Source: Alphaproteobacteria bacterium
Lineage (GTDB): Bacteria > Pseudomonadota > Alphaproteobacteria > UBA828
Length of the DNA stretch: 64,000 bases
Direction: 5' to 3'
Assembly: GCA_965214705.1 (NCBI GenBank)
Contig: CBDCCI010000001.1
Coordinates: 480,001 to 544,000, forward strand
Shown here in pieces: positions 41,985 to 53,079 of this stretch (its first letter is position 1; each line of letters starts with the position of its first letter). A program made the translations under genes and the position numbers. The notes beneath the pieces are model-generated. The model saw only the letters and a list, made by a program, of their open reading frames with translations. It searched no databases and had not been told where the DNA came from.

Positions 41985-42335
41985 TCACTCCGCCGCCAGC
42001 GGGCGGCGAACCGGGCGGGCCTTCACCCGGCGCCAGTCCAGACCCTCGAAGAGGGCCTCGAACTGGCCCTTCGTAAGGCGCATCACACCATCCTCGATCC
42101 GAGGCCAGGCGAAGCGGCCCTGCTCCAGACGCTTGTAGGTCATCACCAGACCGCTGCCGTCCCACGCAAGGAGCTTGAGCCTGTCGCCGCGGCGCGAGCG
42201 GAAGATCACGATCACCCCGGAATAGATATCGAGGTCCAGCTCCCCCGCCGCCGTCGCCGCAAGCGCGTCGTGGCCGCGACGAAAATCAACCGGCCGCGTC
42301 GCCAACACGATGCGAAGCGAGGGGGCCGCGATCAT
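41985..42335 (-). CDS. tnpB: IS66 accessory protein TnpB
   Basis: PVDFRRG, DRLKLL.WD.SG and KRLEQGRF.WP motifs. Confidence 0.92.
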   Translation of the reverse strand: MIAAPSLRIVLATRPVDFRRGHDALAATAAGELDLDIYSGVIVIFRSRRGDRLKLLAWDGSGLVMTYKRLEQGRFAWPRIEDGVMRLTKGQFEALFEGLDWRRVKARPVRRPLAAE

Positions 42336-42757
42336 GACGACGCCCGGCCCAGGCCCGAGGCCACCGCAACAATCCGATCGACCGCGCTCTCCACCGGAAG
42401 GCGAACGACCACGCCTAGCGCCTCGATCGCCACCGTCCGCTCGGACGTCACGCTATCAACCACCACGGGAACAAATGGCGGTGCAGAGCCACCAATCCGA
42501 GCGCCCGGAAGAGTTCCCTCCCGCGCGCGCCGCCGCCACTTGGTCAGGGTCGTATCGCTGACGCCATGGCGGCGCGCGACCGCCGCAACCGAAGAGCCCG
42601 GCTCAAAGCTCTCCGAGACAATCCGCGCCTTCTCATCGTCCGGCCAGCGTCGCATGGGGGCCGGCTCAGACGGAGCCGGGGCGGCTCCCTCAGAAGCTGG
42701 GATCTCAACCGAAGCAACAGCGACACCGTCGCCAGATGCCAAAATCGAATCTGTCAT
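42332..42757 (-). CDS. tnpA: IS66 accessory protein TnpA (HTH)
   Basis: RRWPDDEKARIV..S..PG.SVAAVARRHG..WRR motif. Confidence 0.88.
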   Translation of the reverse strand: MTDSILASGDGVAVASVEIPASEGAAPAPSEPAPMRRWPDDEKARIVSESFEPGSSVAAVARRHGVSDTTLTKWRRRAREGTLPGARIGGSAPPFVPVVVDSVTSERTVAIEALGVVVRLPVESAVDRIVAVASGLGRASS

Positions 42758-43058
42758 CGCGATCTCTCCTGTGTGGCTCGTGGTCAAGGCGGAGAGTCAG
42801 CCCCGAAATCAGATCCGCTGGAAGTATGGGGGCCCGATACCGCTTACCATGATCCAGATGGCTTGGCGCTGGCTGAAGCTGCAACCGGAAAGCGCGATCA
42901 CGAAGTGGTTCCACGCCTACGTCGCCAGGGATGCCGGTGGCGGGAGGGACCGGCGAGCGAGGAAGCGGGCGATCGTGGGGGTCGCGCGCAAGCTGCTGAT
43001 CGCGCTGTGGCGCTATGCCACCCAAGGACTGGTGCCTGAGGGCGCCATCGTCTCCTGA

Positions 43059-43403
43059 GGGCACCGGCCGAACGAACGGGAAAATACAGGAGGTTCCGAC
43101 GTGGTCGGACGCGGCCGCGGAGGATGCCGGGCAAGGCGTGTGACCGGGCAAGAGTTGGGTCGCCGCTTGGCACCGTTCTACAGATGGGTCCCGCCTCCCG
43201 GAACGTCACCACCGCTTGGATGCGGTATTGGGGTCACGGAGCCGGCAAGCGCCGGAGTTCCGAACCGGATAAGAGCTGAGCAGCGTGGCGGATCGCTGCG
43301 TGGAAACGACGTTCTGCCTGGACATCGGCCGCGGATTCGAGTGGAGAGATTGCGAATGCCATTGACGTAGATGAAGCCGGGCCTTGCGGAGAGAGCTCAT
43401 AAG
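43059..43403 (+). ncRNA. Putative bridge/seek RNA region of the IS1111 element
   Basis: Position downstream of the recombinase as in the IS1111 group; contains short matches to both strands of the target and of the donor circle junction. Confidence 0.7.
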
Positions 43404-45939
43404 AACTCCTGCCGCAACCGCCACTGCCCCACCTGCCAGGGTCTCGCCGCCAACCTCTGGAGCGAGGAGCGCGCCGGGGACATCCTGCCGGTGCCCTACT
43501 TCCATGTGGTCTTCACCCTGCCCAAGGAGGTTGCCGCCATTGCCTTCTGCAACCGCAGGGTGGTGTTCGACATCCTCTTCCGGGCCGTCGCCGAGACCCT
43601 GCGCACCATCGCCGCCGATCCCCGCCACGGCGGCATGCGCATCGGCGGCACCGCGGTCCTCCATACCTGGGATCAGAAGCTCCGCTTCCACCCGCACCTG
43701 CACGTGGTCGTGCCCAACGCGGGCTTCGACGTAGACAGTGGCGAGTGGAAGACGGGGAGCACCACCTTCCTCGCCCCCGTCAAGGTCCTCGGCAGCCTGT
43801 TCCGCCGCCTCTTCCTCGAGGAGCTCGCCCGCGCCCACGGCCGGGGGGACCTGGAGTTCCACGGCACCCTCGCCCACCTCGCCAATCCCGGCGAGTTCCA
43901 CGCCACGCTTGCCGCCGCCCGGGCCAGGGACTGGGTGGTCTACGCCAAGCGGCCCTTCCGCGGGCCTGAGCAGGTCTTCCGGTACCTCTCGCACTACACG
44001 CACAGGATCGCCATCTCCGACAGCCGCATCGTCTCCTTCGACGGCGAGACGGTCTCCTTCCGCCACCGAAAGCCCAAGGCGCCGGGGCAGAGAAAGCCGC
44101 GCTACGGCATCGCCACCGTGAGCGCCGACGAGTTCATCCGCCGCTTCCTGAGGCACGTCCTGCCGGACGGCATGCACCGCATTCGCTACTTCGGCATCCT
44201 CGCCAACGGCTGCCGCGCCAGCACGCTGGAGAGAGCACGCCAGGCTCTCGGCGCCCTCGGCTGCGCCGCCCCCGAGGGAAGCGTGGACGGCGCTCGGGCC
44301 GAGCCCGACGAAGAGCCCGAGATCGGCACCGCGCCCGTGGCCTGCCCCCACTGTGGCGGCGTCATGCGCCTCGTCCGCGAAATCCGCCGCCGCCATGAGC
44401 CCCGCTCGACGCGCGGCCCGCCGGCGCTGCCGCCGACCCACAGGGGGAAACCGTGAGACGCCCGCTCGCTTCGGCCCCGCGCAACGGCGCCAAAGCGCCG
44501 ACGCACGACCGAACCTGTCTCCGCTTGAGCCGGGCTGACAGCCCTCGGCTCACACCCCGCTCAGTCCTCGCAGCGTGCGCCCGCATGCCTGCCGAAAGAC
44601 CGGCGCGAGCGTCGATTTTATGCGCAACTCTGCTGCCGGTGGATGCCGCCTGACGCTGACATCAGCGCACTTTCCACATAGCTCAACTTCGCCTCTCGTG
44701 GCCCGCGGCTTCGTTCAAAAGGGTTGGGCAGGCTCTCGAGAGAGAGCCTGCCCAACCCTTAACCTTGCAGTCTACGCAGATGCCCTGCGCGCGCCTCGCG
44801 ACATAGCGGCTCTTCCCGGCGGCGCTCTTTTGCTCGGCAGAGATACGCTCCTTCTCCAGCGCGAGGCACCGGCCGCAGCGCGACAGGCCTCCGACCGTGG
44901 GCTGGTTGCAGCGTACGCAGCGGCCGGCGGCCTTTCGCGCAGCATAGCGCCGACGGTCGATTGCGCGCCTGGCCTCGCGGCATGGCTCGCAGACGGAGCG
45001 GTTGTCTTCCGGCCGGCGGCGGCCGCAGGATGTACACAGCCCTGCCTCCCTCCAGGCTCTCCTGCGCCGCCTGTCGGCGGCGCGGTCGGCGCGGCGGCAC
45101 TGTTTCGGATCGCGGCCATAATGGTTGCCCTCGGCGCGGGCCTTCGCCCGGCGGGCGCGCTCGGCGGCGCGGCGCTTCTCTCCGCAGCGCCGGCACAACT
45201 TGAGGCCGGGCTCCGGTGGCAACTGGCCGCACCGGGTGCATTTCCCGCTGGCGAGGCGCGCGGCGTGCTGCCGGCGCTGACGCTCGCGCGCCCGCGCGTC
45301 GCTGCTGGACATGACAACCTCGAAGTCGTGGGTGTAGCAATGTGTCGGGAGAGCGGCCGGTGGCGCCTGCGGCGACACTCCCGGCCAGGCCGCCGGTCAG
45401 CAGCGCCACTTGCCGCGCAGTACGATGCCGGCGGCCGTAGACCCGAAGAGCTGGATGCCGGCGTCCCGGTTGACACTGGTGGCAATGATGATCTCATCTC
45501 GGGCCGGGCGGAGATTGCGCACGGTCCGGAGGGACAGGATGCGGCGCTTTTGACCGCGTCCGCCGTTCGCCTTGCCGTCGTCGACGGGCCTGATCTCTCC
45601 GTCGTATGCACTGCGGAACCTCTCGACCACGAACTCGCGGTCGCCCCCGTCGAGGCCGCCCCCGAACAGGTGTGTGAGATAGGTGTCGGCGCGTCGCCAG
45701 CTGGGCCTTGCCGCTGTTTGCATCGCCCGGCCTCCTCCGGTCTGTTGACAGGATCGGCGGCCGCGCGGCCCTCGCCGGAACGCCCGTCCGCCGCCCCGGT
45801 CCAGGCCGACCTCTGCCTCTTCGTGTCGTGGAGGCATGTGCATGGCGCTGCGGCGGGAACGGGCCCTGCAGGACGATCGGGATTTGACCCCTGCCCCGGC
45901 CGGCCCGGCGTGATCGCGCACCACGGAGGGCGGTTGGCC

Positions 45940-46230
45940 ATGGCGATCGTGAAGCGCGGCCGTCTGGCGCAGGCGGCACGCAAGGCGGCGGGACTGACGC
46001 GCCGCGCGGTGCGGGATCTGGCGGGCTCGCTGTTCGAGGCGATGGTGGCGCGCCTCGTAGCCGGCGAGAGGGTGAAGATCTACGGCTTCGACAGCTTCCT
46101 GATGCGCGACATGGCGGCGCGGCCCGGCCGCAATCCCTGCACCCTGGAGGCGGAGCCGATTGCGGCGCGCCTCGTGGTCGTGTTCAAGTCGTCCGGGCCG
46201 CTGAAGAAGCGGGCCGCCAAAGGCCTGCCT
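45940..46230 (+). CDS. Divergent IHF/HU-like DNA-binding protein (stop appears lost; frame runs to 46494)
   Basis: L..GERVKIYGF.SF..R..AARPGRNP.T...I.AR.VVVFK.S..LK motif. RBS GGAGGG. Confidence 0.7.
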
Positions 46231-46307
46231 GGCGGCGGGAACTGCTGCAGGGATCAAGGGCGGGCACTGTCATCGCGCGCTCGCCCGCGTTCCCGCCGGC
46301 GACGGTC

Positions 46308-47258
46308 TCACGGCTCGTCCCAGCCGCCCGCCCGATGCTTCGAGGCCCCGGCAAAGAAGGCCAGGCACGCCCGTGCTTCCGGTTTCTCCTGCCCCTTCGC
46401 CGTGAGCACGGCATGGAAGAGCCTGCCGGTCTCGACGAAGCCGCCGCCCTGCATGACCAGCGTACCGGCCTCCACGTGCCGTCCGATCAGATGACGACAG
46501 CCGAGCACGAGGCCGCAGCCGGCAGCGCCCTGTTCCAGCGCATGGGCGTGGCTGCCCACGACTTCGTACCGGGGCGCGAAGAGCGGACTGCCTGCGGCCT
46601 CGAACCAGCGTTCCCACGACGCCCGGCCCTCGTCGTTATCTGCTAGGGCGAGAAACGTCAGCCCACCCCAGCCCGCGACGGGCCCGCTCAGAACCTCGGC
46701 ATGAGCGGCGGCGTAGTCCGGCGAGCAAAAGGCGCCGACCGCCTCTGCGGCAATCACGGCACGATGCCGGGGCGCGGCACCCTCCGCATCCCAACTCAGG
46801 AGTACGTCGGCGGCAGGTTCGGAAGGCAAGGACGCGTGAGCGCCGGCACGGACCAGGATGCGGACCCGGACCTCCTCCCCGAGCGCTGCCCTGAGCGCGT
46901 CGTACCGCTGCATCGCGAAGAGGTGGGACAGCTCGTCCGGGCAGGCGAGCGTCACCTCCGGCGGTCCGGTACCCGAGAGGGCCGCGACCCGGTCGGCACC
47001 GTCCCGGAGAGCCCCGAGCCCGATGAGCACGGCCTCGCGATAGCAGCGCCCCGCTTCGGTCAGGCTCACCCCCCAGCGGCTACGCTCAAAGAGCTGTGTC
47101 GAGAGGTGCTTCTCCAGCCTCGCGATCTGACGGCTGACCGCGGGCTGCGAGGTGCGCAACTCCTCCGCAGCCCGGGAGATGCTGCCGTGCCGGGCAGCGC
47201 TCTCGAAGGCGATCAGGGCGCTGGCGGGCGGAATCGGGTAGGGGCTGCGATCGATCAT
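46308..47258 (-). CDS. LysR-family transcriptional regulator (GcvA-like)
   Basis: AFESAARHGSISRAAEEL..SQPAVSRQI..LE...LFER HTH. Confidence 0.9.
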   Translation of the reverse strand: MIDRSPYPIPPASALIAFESAARHGSISRAAEELRTSQPAVSRQIARLEKHLSTQLFERSRWGVSLTEAGRCYREAVLIGLGALRDGADRVAALSGTGPPEVTLACPDELSHLFAMQRYDALRAALGEEVRVRILVRAGAHASLPSEPAADVLLSWDAEGAAPRHRAVIAAEAVGAFCSPDYAAAHAEVLSGPVAGWGGLTFLALADNDEGRASWERWFEAAGSPLFAPRYEVVGSHAHALEQGAAGCGLVLGCRHLIGRHVEAGTLVMQGGGFVETGRLFHAVLTAKGQEKPEARACLAFFAGASKHRAGGWDEP

Positions 47259-47423
47259 GGTCCCTGCGCCGCGTTTACGTCCCATGAACCCGCTCCGGCG
47301 ACGCATCGGGCAGCGACGCCCATCCGATGGCCGTGCGACCCTCTCCGACGGGCGTTGGCGCCCGCCCGCCCGGCCCCCGTCGGATGCCGGACGGTCCGCA
47401 CGCCGCCATCGCCCCTCCAGGCC

Positions 47424-47870
47424 TCACTCCGCCGGCCTCCGCGTCGCGTGCGTTGTCAGCGTCACCACGTTGCGGCCGTCCTCCCGCCGGTACGCCACCG
47501 TGTCCATCGTCCTGCGAACGAGAAAGATGCCAAGGCCGCCCCTGGCGCGCTTCTCGGCCGGAGCGGACATGTCCGGCTCCGGCGCCTGCAGCGGATCGAA
47601 CGCCTTGCCGTCGTCCGCGATCTCCACGGTGAGGGTGTCGCCCTCGAGGCGGAGGGCGATATCGATCCGGTGCTCCCCGTCGTCGTCGTAGCCGTAGCCG
47701 ATCGCGTTGGTCACCAGCTCGTCGACCGCGAGCGTGACGTCGAAGGAGATCCCGCTCGCCAGTTCGTGCGCCGTGCAAAACGCATCGATCCTGGCGGCAG
47801 CGCTGCTGATGCCACGCAGATCGTTGGTAACCGAAATCTCCAGGGTGCCGCCGCTCACCGGCTCGCTCAT
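47424..47870 (-). CDS. RsbW-like anti-sigma factor / ATP-binding protein
   Basis: DELVTNAI.YGY, DDGKAFDP and GGLGIFLV motifs. Confidence 0.88.
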   Translation of the reverse strand: MSEPVSGGTLEISVTNDLRGISSAAARIDAFCTAHELASGISFDVTLAVDELVTNAIGYGYDDDGEHRIDIALRLEGDTLTVEIADDGKAFDPLQAPEPDMSAPAEKRARGGLGIFLVRRTMDTVAYRREDGRNVVTLTTHATRRPAE

Positions 47871-47938
47871 GCCATGACCGCGCCGCCGGCGGCCGCAGGC
47901 GGAGCACGCGGCAGCCGGCGATCCGACCCGCGCGTCCA

Positions 47939-48217
47939 CTACGGCTTGGCCAGCTCGACGATGATCCGGCCTCGTCCGCGCCGGATCAGGTAGCCGCCGC
48001 GCGGGAGCGAGAGCGTGCCCTGCTGCACCAGCGGCCAGAGGGTATCCACGATCAGGGTGGCGTTCCGGTCCGGCGCGGCCCCCGCCGCCCGCTGCGACGC
48101 CAGCCACTCGACGAAGGTCCGGTCCGCGATCTCGTCGCCCAGCGATTTCCTGAGTGCCCGGAGCTTCCTCAACTGCCCTTTGGCCAAGGCGGCTTCGTCG
48201 ATCTCGATCGCGGCCAT
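47939..48217 (-). CDS. Hypothetical protein (92 aa)
   Basis: RBS AAGGA; protein-like sequence (QLRKLRALRKSLG..., GY.IRRGRGRIIV). Confidence 0.65.
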   Translation of the reverse strand: MAAIEIDEAALAKGQLRKLRALRKSLGDEIADRTFVEWLASQRAAGAAPDRNATLIVDTLWPLVQQGTLSLPRGGYLIRRGRGRIIVELAKP

Positions 48218-48520
48218 CGGACGGTCCTTTCGACGGTTGAAGGTTCCGCACGACCTATACCACCATCCGTTGCGCGGCGCTGCCGCAACGGCCATCGGGG
48301 CGGCACGTTCGGTGCGGCTTCAGATCATCGGCAATCGCGGGCGAGGGCCGGCTGCGCACGGGCGAGGGCCGGCTGCGCACGGGCGATCGCCGGCCTTGCC
48401 GTCGACACGCTGAGCGCCGTGCCCGGCTACCTTGGAACAGGACGACGCCCCTGGCCAGGCCCGGCGCGGGTTTGCACGCTGCCTGGACGCCCTGGCGGGC
48501 CGGGCCGCGGCGCCGGTGTC

Positions 48521-49822
<1,302 letters not shown>

Positions 49823-50052
49823 TCAGGCGTGGCGAAGACCGGCGGAGAGAGCAGCATCGCGATATGGGAGGGTGTGCCGGCGGTACGTACCTGGGGGCGA
49901 TGTTCGGCCGGGAGCCTCGAGACCACGGGCGGCGGCCCGGGACATCGGCATCAGCGCCGTCACCGCTGGCGGGTGGCGCTTCGCGCGGTGGACGCCCGGC
50001 CGGTGCTACCGCCCGCCGTCATGGGTCCGCTGCCGGAGCAATCGCTTGACGG

Positions 50053-50388
50053 CTATACGAGCTTGATGAGCGCGACGATAAGGGCCACCGCGCCCACCAT
50101 CATCGCACCCAGACGAATGGTCATGCGCTGCTCGAGCTCGCGCATCTCGCCCCGCAGTGCTGTCTCGGTCTTCTCCAGGTCGGCCCTGAGCGACGCCTCG
50201 GTCTTCTCAAGGTCGGCCCTGAGCGACGCCTCGGTCTTCTCAAGGTCGGCCTTGGTGGCCAGGGTCTCGCCCATGCCTTCGGCGAAGGTATCGACGAGAA
50301 TCGCGGCCTGCTTCTCGTCGAAGCCGCCTTCGTCGCGCAGCTTGCGCGCCGCCCTGAGCGTGTCGAACGCCACCATCATGACGCTCAT
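50053..50388 (-). CDS. DUF1640/CCDC90-like coiled-coil protein with 33-bp tandem repeats
   Basis: FDTL..ARKL..GF..KQA, LATKADL, three ADLEKTE repeats, C-terminal TM helix. Confidence 0.8.
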   Translation of the reverse strand: MSVMMVAFDTLRAARKLRDEGGFDEKQAAILVDTFAEGMGETLATKADLEKTEASLRADLEKTEASLRADLEKTETALRGEMRELEQRMTIRLGAMMVGAVALIVALIKLV

Positions 50389-50841
50389 CCTATCGCCGTC
50401 GCCGGCGGACGCAACCGCACGCACGCCACCATGCGCGCAGCGCACGTCGTCGCTCCGGCGCCGGTGTCTTGATTCCGGTTTCGGGGGCGCCGCCGGCGCG
50501 CTCGCGCAGCGCTTCGGCCCGAGTCGCTACGGGTCGCGTAATGGTTCGGTAATGCCGTGGAGGGGCCGGGTTCAGCGATTGAGGGCCCGTTTCCAGTCTT
50601 TTCGCAGCGGCCTGAGCCAGATGTCCTTCCTGGGCTTGTCGTAGAGCTTGTGCCGGTCGTAGCGCCCACGCCCCTGGGTGTTTCCGACGCGGATCCAGCC
50701 GGATGCCTTGTAGACGGCGCCGGTGTAGCGCGGGGTCTGGACGAAGGTCTCGATGAGGCGGCGTCGGGCTCGCCGCCGCCGCGCTGAGCGCCCCCGCGCG
50801 GGGGCTGGTAACGGTTTTTCGGATGCGATATCGTCGAGCGC

Positions 50842-53079
50842 ATGGCGATTCGCGACGAGGATTTCAGCGCGGACCTGGCGCTGGTCGAGGGCGACGATGG
50901 AAACTGGTCGCCGCCCGCCGCAACCCCGTCGAGCGCGCCGCGCAACTGGAAATCTCTGTACGAGCGGGAGCTGAAGCGCGCGAAGGCGGCCGAGGCACGA
51001 GTGCAGGAGCTGCTCGACGATGTTCGTCGGCTGCGTCGTGCGCTGGGGAGACCGGAGGCTGGCACTGGCAGGCCCAAGTCGCCTCCGCCGGCTGGCCAGG
51101 CTGGCGCTGGCGGGCCAAAGTCCGCGTCACCGGCTCGCGGCAGGCGTCACCACGCTCCGGCCTCAGCGAAGAGCCAGCAGGCGATCGAGTCTCTGCGCGC
51201 GGAGCGTGGTGAGCTGCGCAAAGAGGTTACTGGGCTGCGCAGAGAGGTCAGCCGTCTGACCCGGAAGCTGGACCAGGAGAGGCAGCGCACGGAGGACCTC
51301 AAGGCGACCGGTAGAAAGCTGTCCGGCGAGGTCATTGAGCTTCACGCGGAGCTGAGGCACCGGCGCGATCAGGCGGACAGAGTTATCTCGCTGACCGACG
51401 AGGTCTTCTGGTTGCGCCATTCGGTGAAGGGTGCCGACGCGAGGGAAGAGACGTTGAAGGCCCGGGTGGCCAGGGTCTTGCGGATATCGAAAGCCCACAG
51501 GGAAGCTTTGTCCGGCGCCGACGCCGATCTGCGCAAGGCCCTGCGGAGATCGAGGCGCCAGAAGGCCACGATCAAGTCGTTGACCCGGAAGAACGTCCGG
51601 CTGCGCAAGGCCGCGAAGACGTCGCAGGCCCGGATCGCGGCGCTGGAGGCGCGGGTTTCCAAGCTTCGCGCGACCGGAGCGGCGCTATCCAGGACGCTGT
51701 TTGGCAGGAAGAGCGAGAAGCAGAAGAAGCCGTCCACTGGGCGCACGCGCGGCCAGCAGCGCGGCGCACCCGGCCATGGCCGCACCCAGCGGCCCGGGCT
51801 CGAGGAGCGGAAAGAAGAGAAGACCCCGCCGGAGGACGCGCTCATCTGTTCCTGTTGCGGCAAGCCCTACGCGCCGAACGGCACGGAAGAGAGCGCCATC
51901 TTCGAGATCGAGGTCAAGGCCCACAAGCGCAGGATCGTCCGTCCCCGCTGGCGCCGGGCCTGCGAGTGCGCGTCCTCGCCCCAGGAGGTGATCGCGCCTC
52001 CGGTGCCGCGCCTGTTCGACAGGACGCCCTACGGGATCAGCGTCTGGTCGCAGTATCTATACGAGCGCTACGCCTGCTTCCGCCCGCTCAAGCGGGTCGC
52101 GGCATGGATGTCCGATATGGGCCTTTCGATCTCGCCGGGGACGCTGGGCAGCAGCGTCAAGCCCTTCGTGCCGCTGTTCAAGCCGGTGGCGGAAGCGATC
52201 CTCGATCACCAGAACAAGGCGGCGGTGCGCCACGGCGACGAGACCGGCTGGCGCATCCGTTCGCTACGCGAGACGGGCGGCTCCGCCCGCTCCTGGCTGT
52301 GGACCTCGGTGACCGAAGACGCGGCCTTCTTCCATAGCGATCCCTCGCGTTCCGCAGAGGTCGCGATGAAGTTGTTCGGCGACACCGCCGGCAGCACGAT
52401 CCTGGTGTGCGACCGCCTGTCCGCCTACAAGAAGTTGGCACGCGATCTCGCCGGCAAGATGATCCTGCAGTGGTGTTGGGCGCATCAACGCCGGACATTC
52501 ATCGACTGCGCGGCCGGCCAGGTGCGGCTGACGGAGTGGTGCCAGGGATGGATCGAGCGGATCGCGGAGATCTACCGCTTGAACGATGAGCGGCTGAAGC
52601 ACTACGACCCCGGCTGCGCGCGCCGGACGCCGGAGTTCGACGCCGCACAGGGCGCGCTGAAGGAGGGGCTCGACGCCTTGTTCTCCGAGGCTGAACGGCA
52701 GCTGTCCGACCTGCCGGCCGGGGCACGCGAGGGCAAGGCGCTGCGCTCGCTGCTGAACCACCGCAAGGGATTGCGCGTCTTCGTCGACCACCCACCGGTC
52801 CCGATGGACAACAATTTTGCCGAGCGCGTGCTGAGGGCGCCGGTGATCGGAAGACGCCTCAGCTTCGGCTCCGACAGCGAGCGCGGTGCCGAGTTCACGG
52901 CGATGATGTACACGGTCGTGTGCACCCTCAAGATGAACGACATCGACATCCTGCGCTGGCTTCGGGCATGGCTGGAGGCGTGCGCGGAGAATGGCGGCCA
53001 ACCGCCGGAAGACCTCAAGCCGTGGCTGCCGTGGTCGATGAGCGAGAAGCGCAGGCGCGAGTTCCTGGTGCCGGGGTGA
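50842..53079 (+). CDS. IS66-family transposase with long N-terminal coiled coil
   Basis: LFGRKSEK, GAPGHGR, HGDETGW, CDRLSAY, CWAHQRR and DNNFAER motifs. Confidence 0.9.
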   Translation: MAIRDEDFSADLALVEGDDGNWSPPAATPSSAPRNWKSLYERELKRAKAAEARVQELLDDVRRLRRALGRPEAGTGRPKSPPPAGQAGAGGPKSASPARGRRHHAPASAKSQQAIESLRAERGELRKEVTGLRREVSRLTRKLDQERQRTEDLKATGRKLSGEVIELHAELRHRRDQADRVISLTDEVFWLRHSVKGADAREETLKARVARVLRISKAHREALSGADADLRKALRRSRRQKATIKSLTRKNVRLRKAAKTSQARIAALEARVSKLRATGAALSRTLFGRKSEKQKKPSTGRTRGQQRGAPGHGRTQRPGLEERKEEKTPPEDALICSCCGKPYAPNGTEESAIFEIEVKAHKRRIVRPRWRRACECASSPQEVIAPPVPRLFDRTPYGISVWSQYLYERYACFRPLKRVAAWMSDMGLSISPGTLGSSVKPFVPLFKPVAEAILDHQNKAAVRHGDETGWRIRSLRETGGSARSWLWTSVTEDAAFFHSDPSRSAEVAMKLFGDTAGSTILVCDRLSAYKKLARDLAGKMILQWCWAHQRRTFIDCAAGQVRLTEWCQGWIERIAEIYRLNDERLKHYDPGCARRTPEFDAAQGALKEGLDALFSEAERQLSDLPAGAREGKALRSLLNHRKGLRVFVDHPPVPMDNNFAERVLRAPVIGRRLSFGSDSERGAEFTAMMYTVVCTLKMNDIDILRWLRAWLEACAENGGQPPEDLKPWLPWSMSEKRRREFLVPG

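Larger units (their letters stand above)
40096..42847 (-). mobile_element. IS66-family IS, 2,752 bp
   Basis: IRs GTAAGCGGTA...CCCCATAC. 8-bp TSD CATGATCC (40088-40095, 42848-42855). tnpA-tnpB-tnpC order. Confidence 0.93.
39102..43058 (+). pseudogene. IS110/IS1111 DEDD recombinase interrupted by IS66
   Basis: YEAG, KTDRIDA, GL.SVPWASG and GISKAG motifs. VRKHMI|QMAWRW...ARKLL rejoins across IS66. Confidence 0.88.
38994..43403 (+). mobile_element. IS110-family, IS1111-group element (1,650 bp net)
   Basis: No TSD. Subterminal IR ATGAGC lies 7 nt from the left end and GCTCAT 3 nt from the right end. ~345-bp non-coding right end. Confidence 0.88.
38805..44456 (+). pseudogene. IS91 Y2 transposase of copy 6, split by IS1111
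   Basis: ...EHPLF | NSCRNRH... flank the insertion. Confidence 0.9.
37689..44764 (+). mobile_element. Element A copy 6, with nested IS1111 and IS66
   Basis: 7,076 bp minus the 4,410-bp insert = 2,666 bp. Confidence 0.93.
37442..45312 (-). pseudogene. 264-aa protein with four tandem CxxC..CxxC units, interrupted by element A copy 6
   Basis: 45312-44765 + 37688-37442 rejoin in frame (GICVDCK-AHSGGAARCERC). Confidence 0.8.

Noticed and set aside
44575-46494. 639-aa ORF
   Set aside because: Starts inside the element A end and runs antisense to the Zn-knuckle gene; only the IHF-like part from 45940 is credible.
48339-48386. CRISPR-like repeat
   Set aside because: Simple 21-bp tandem duplication with no spacers and no cas genes.
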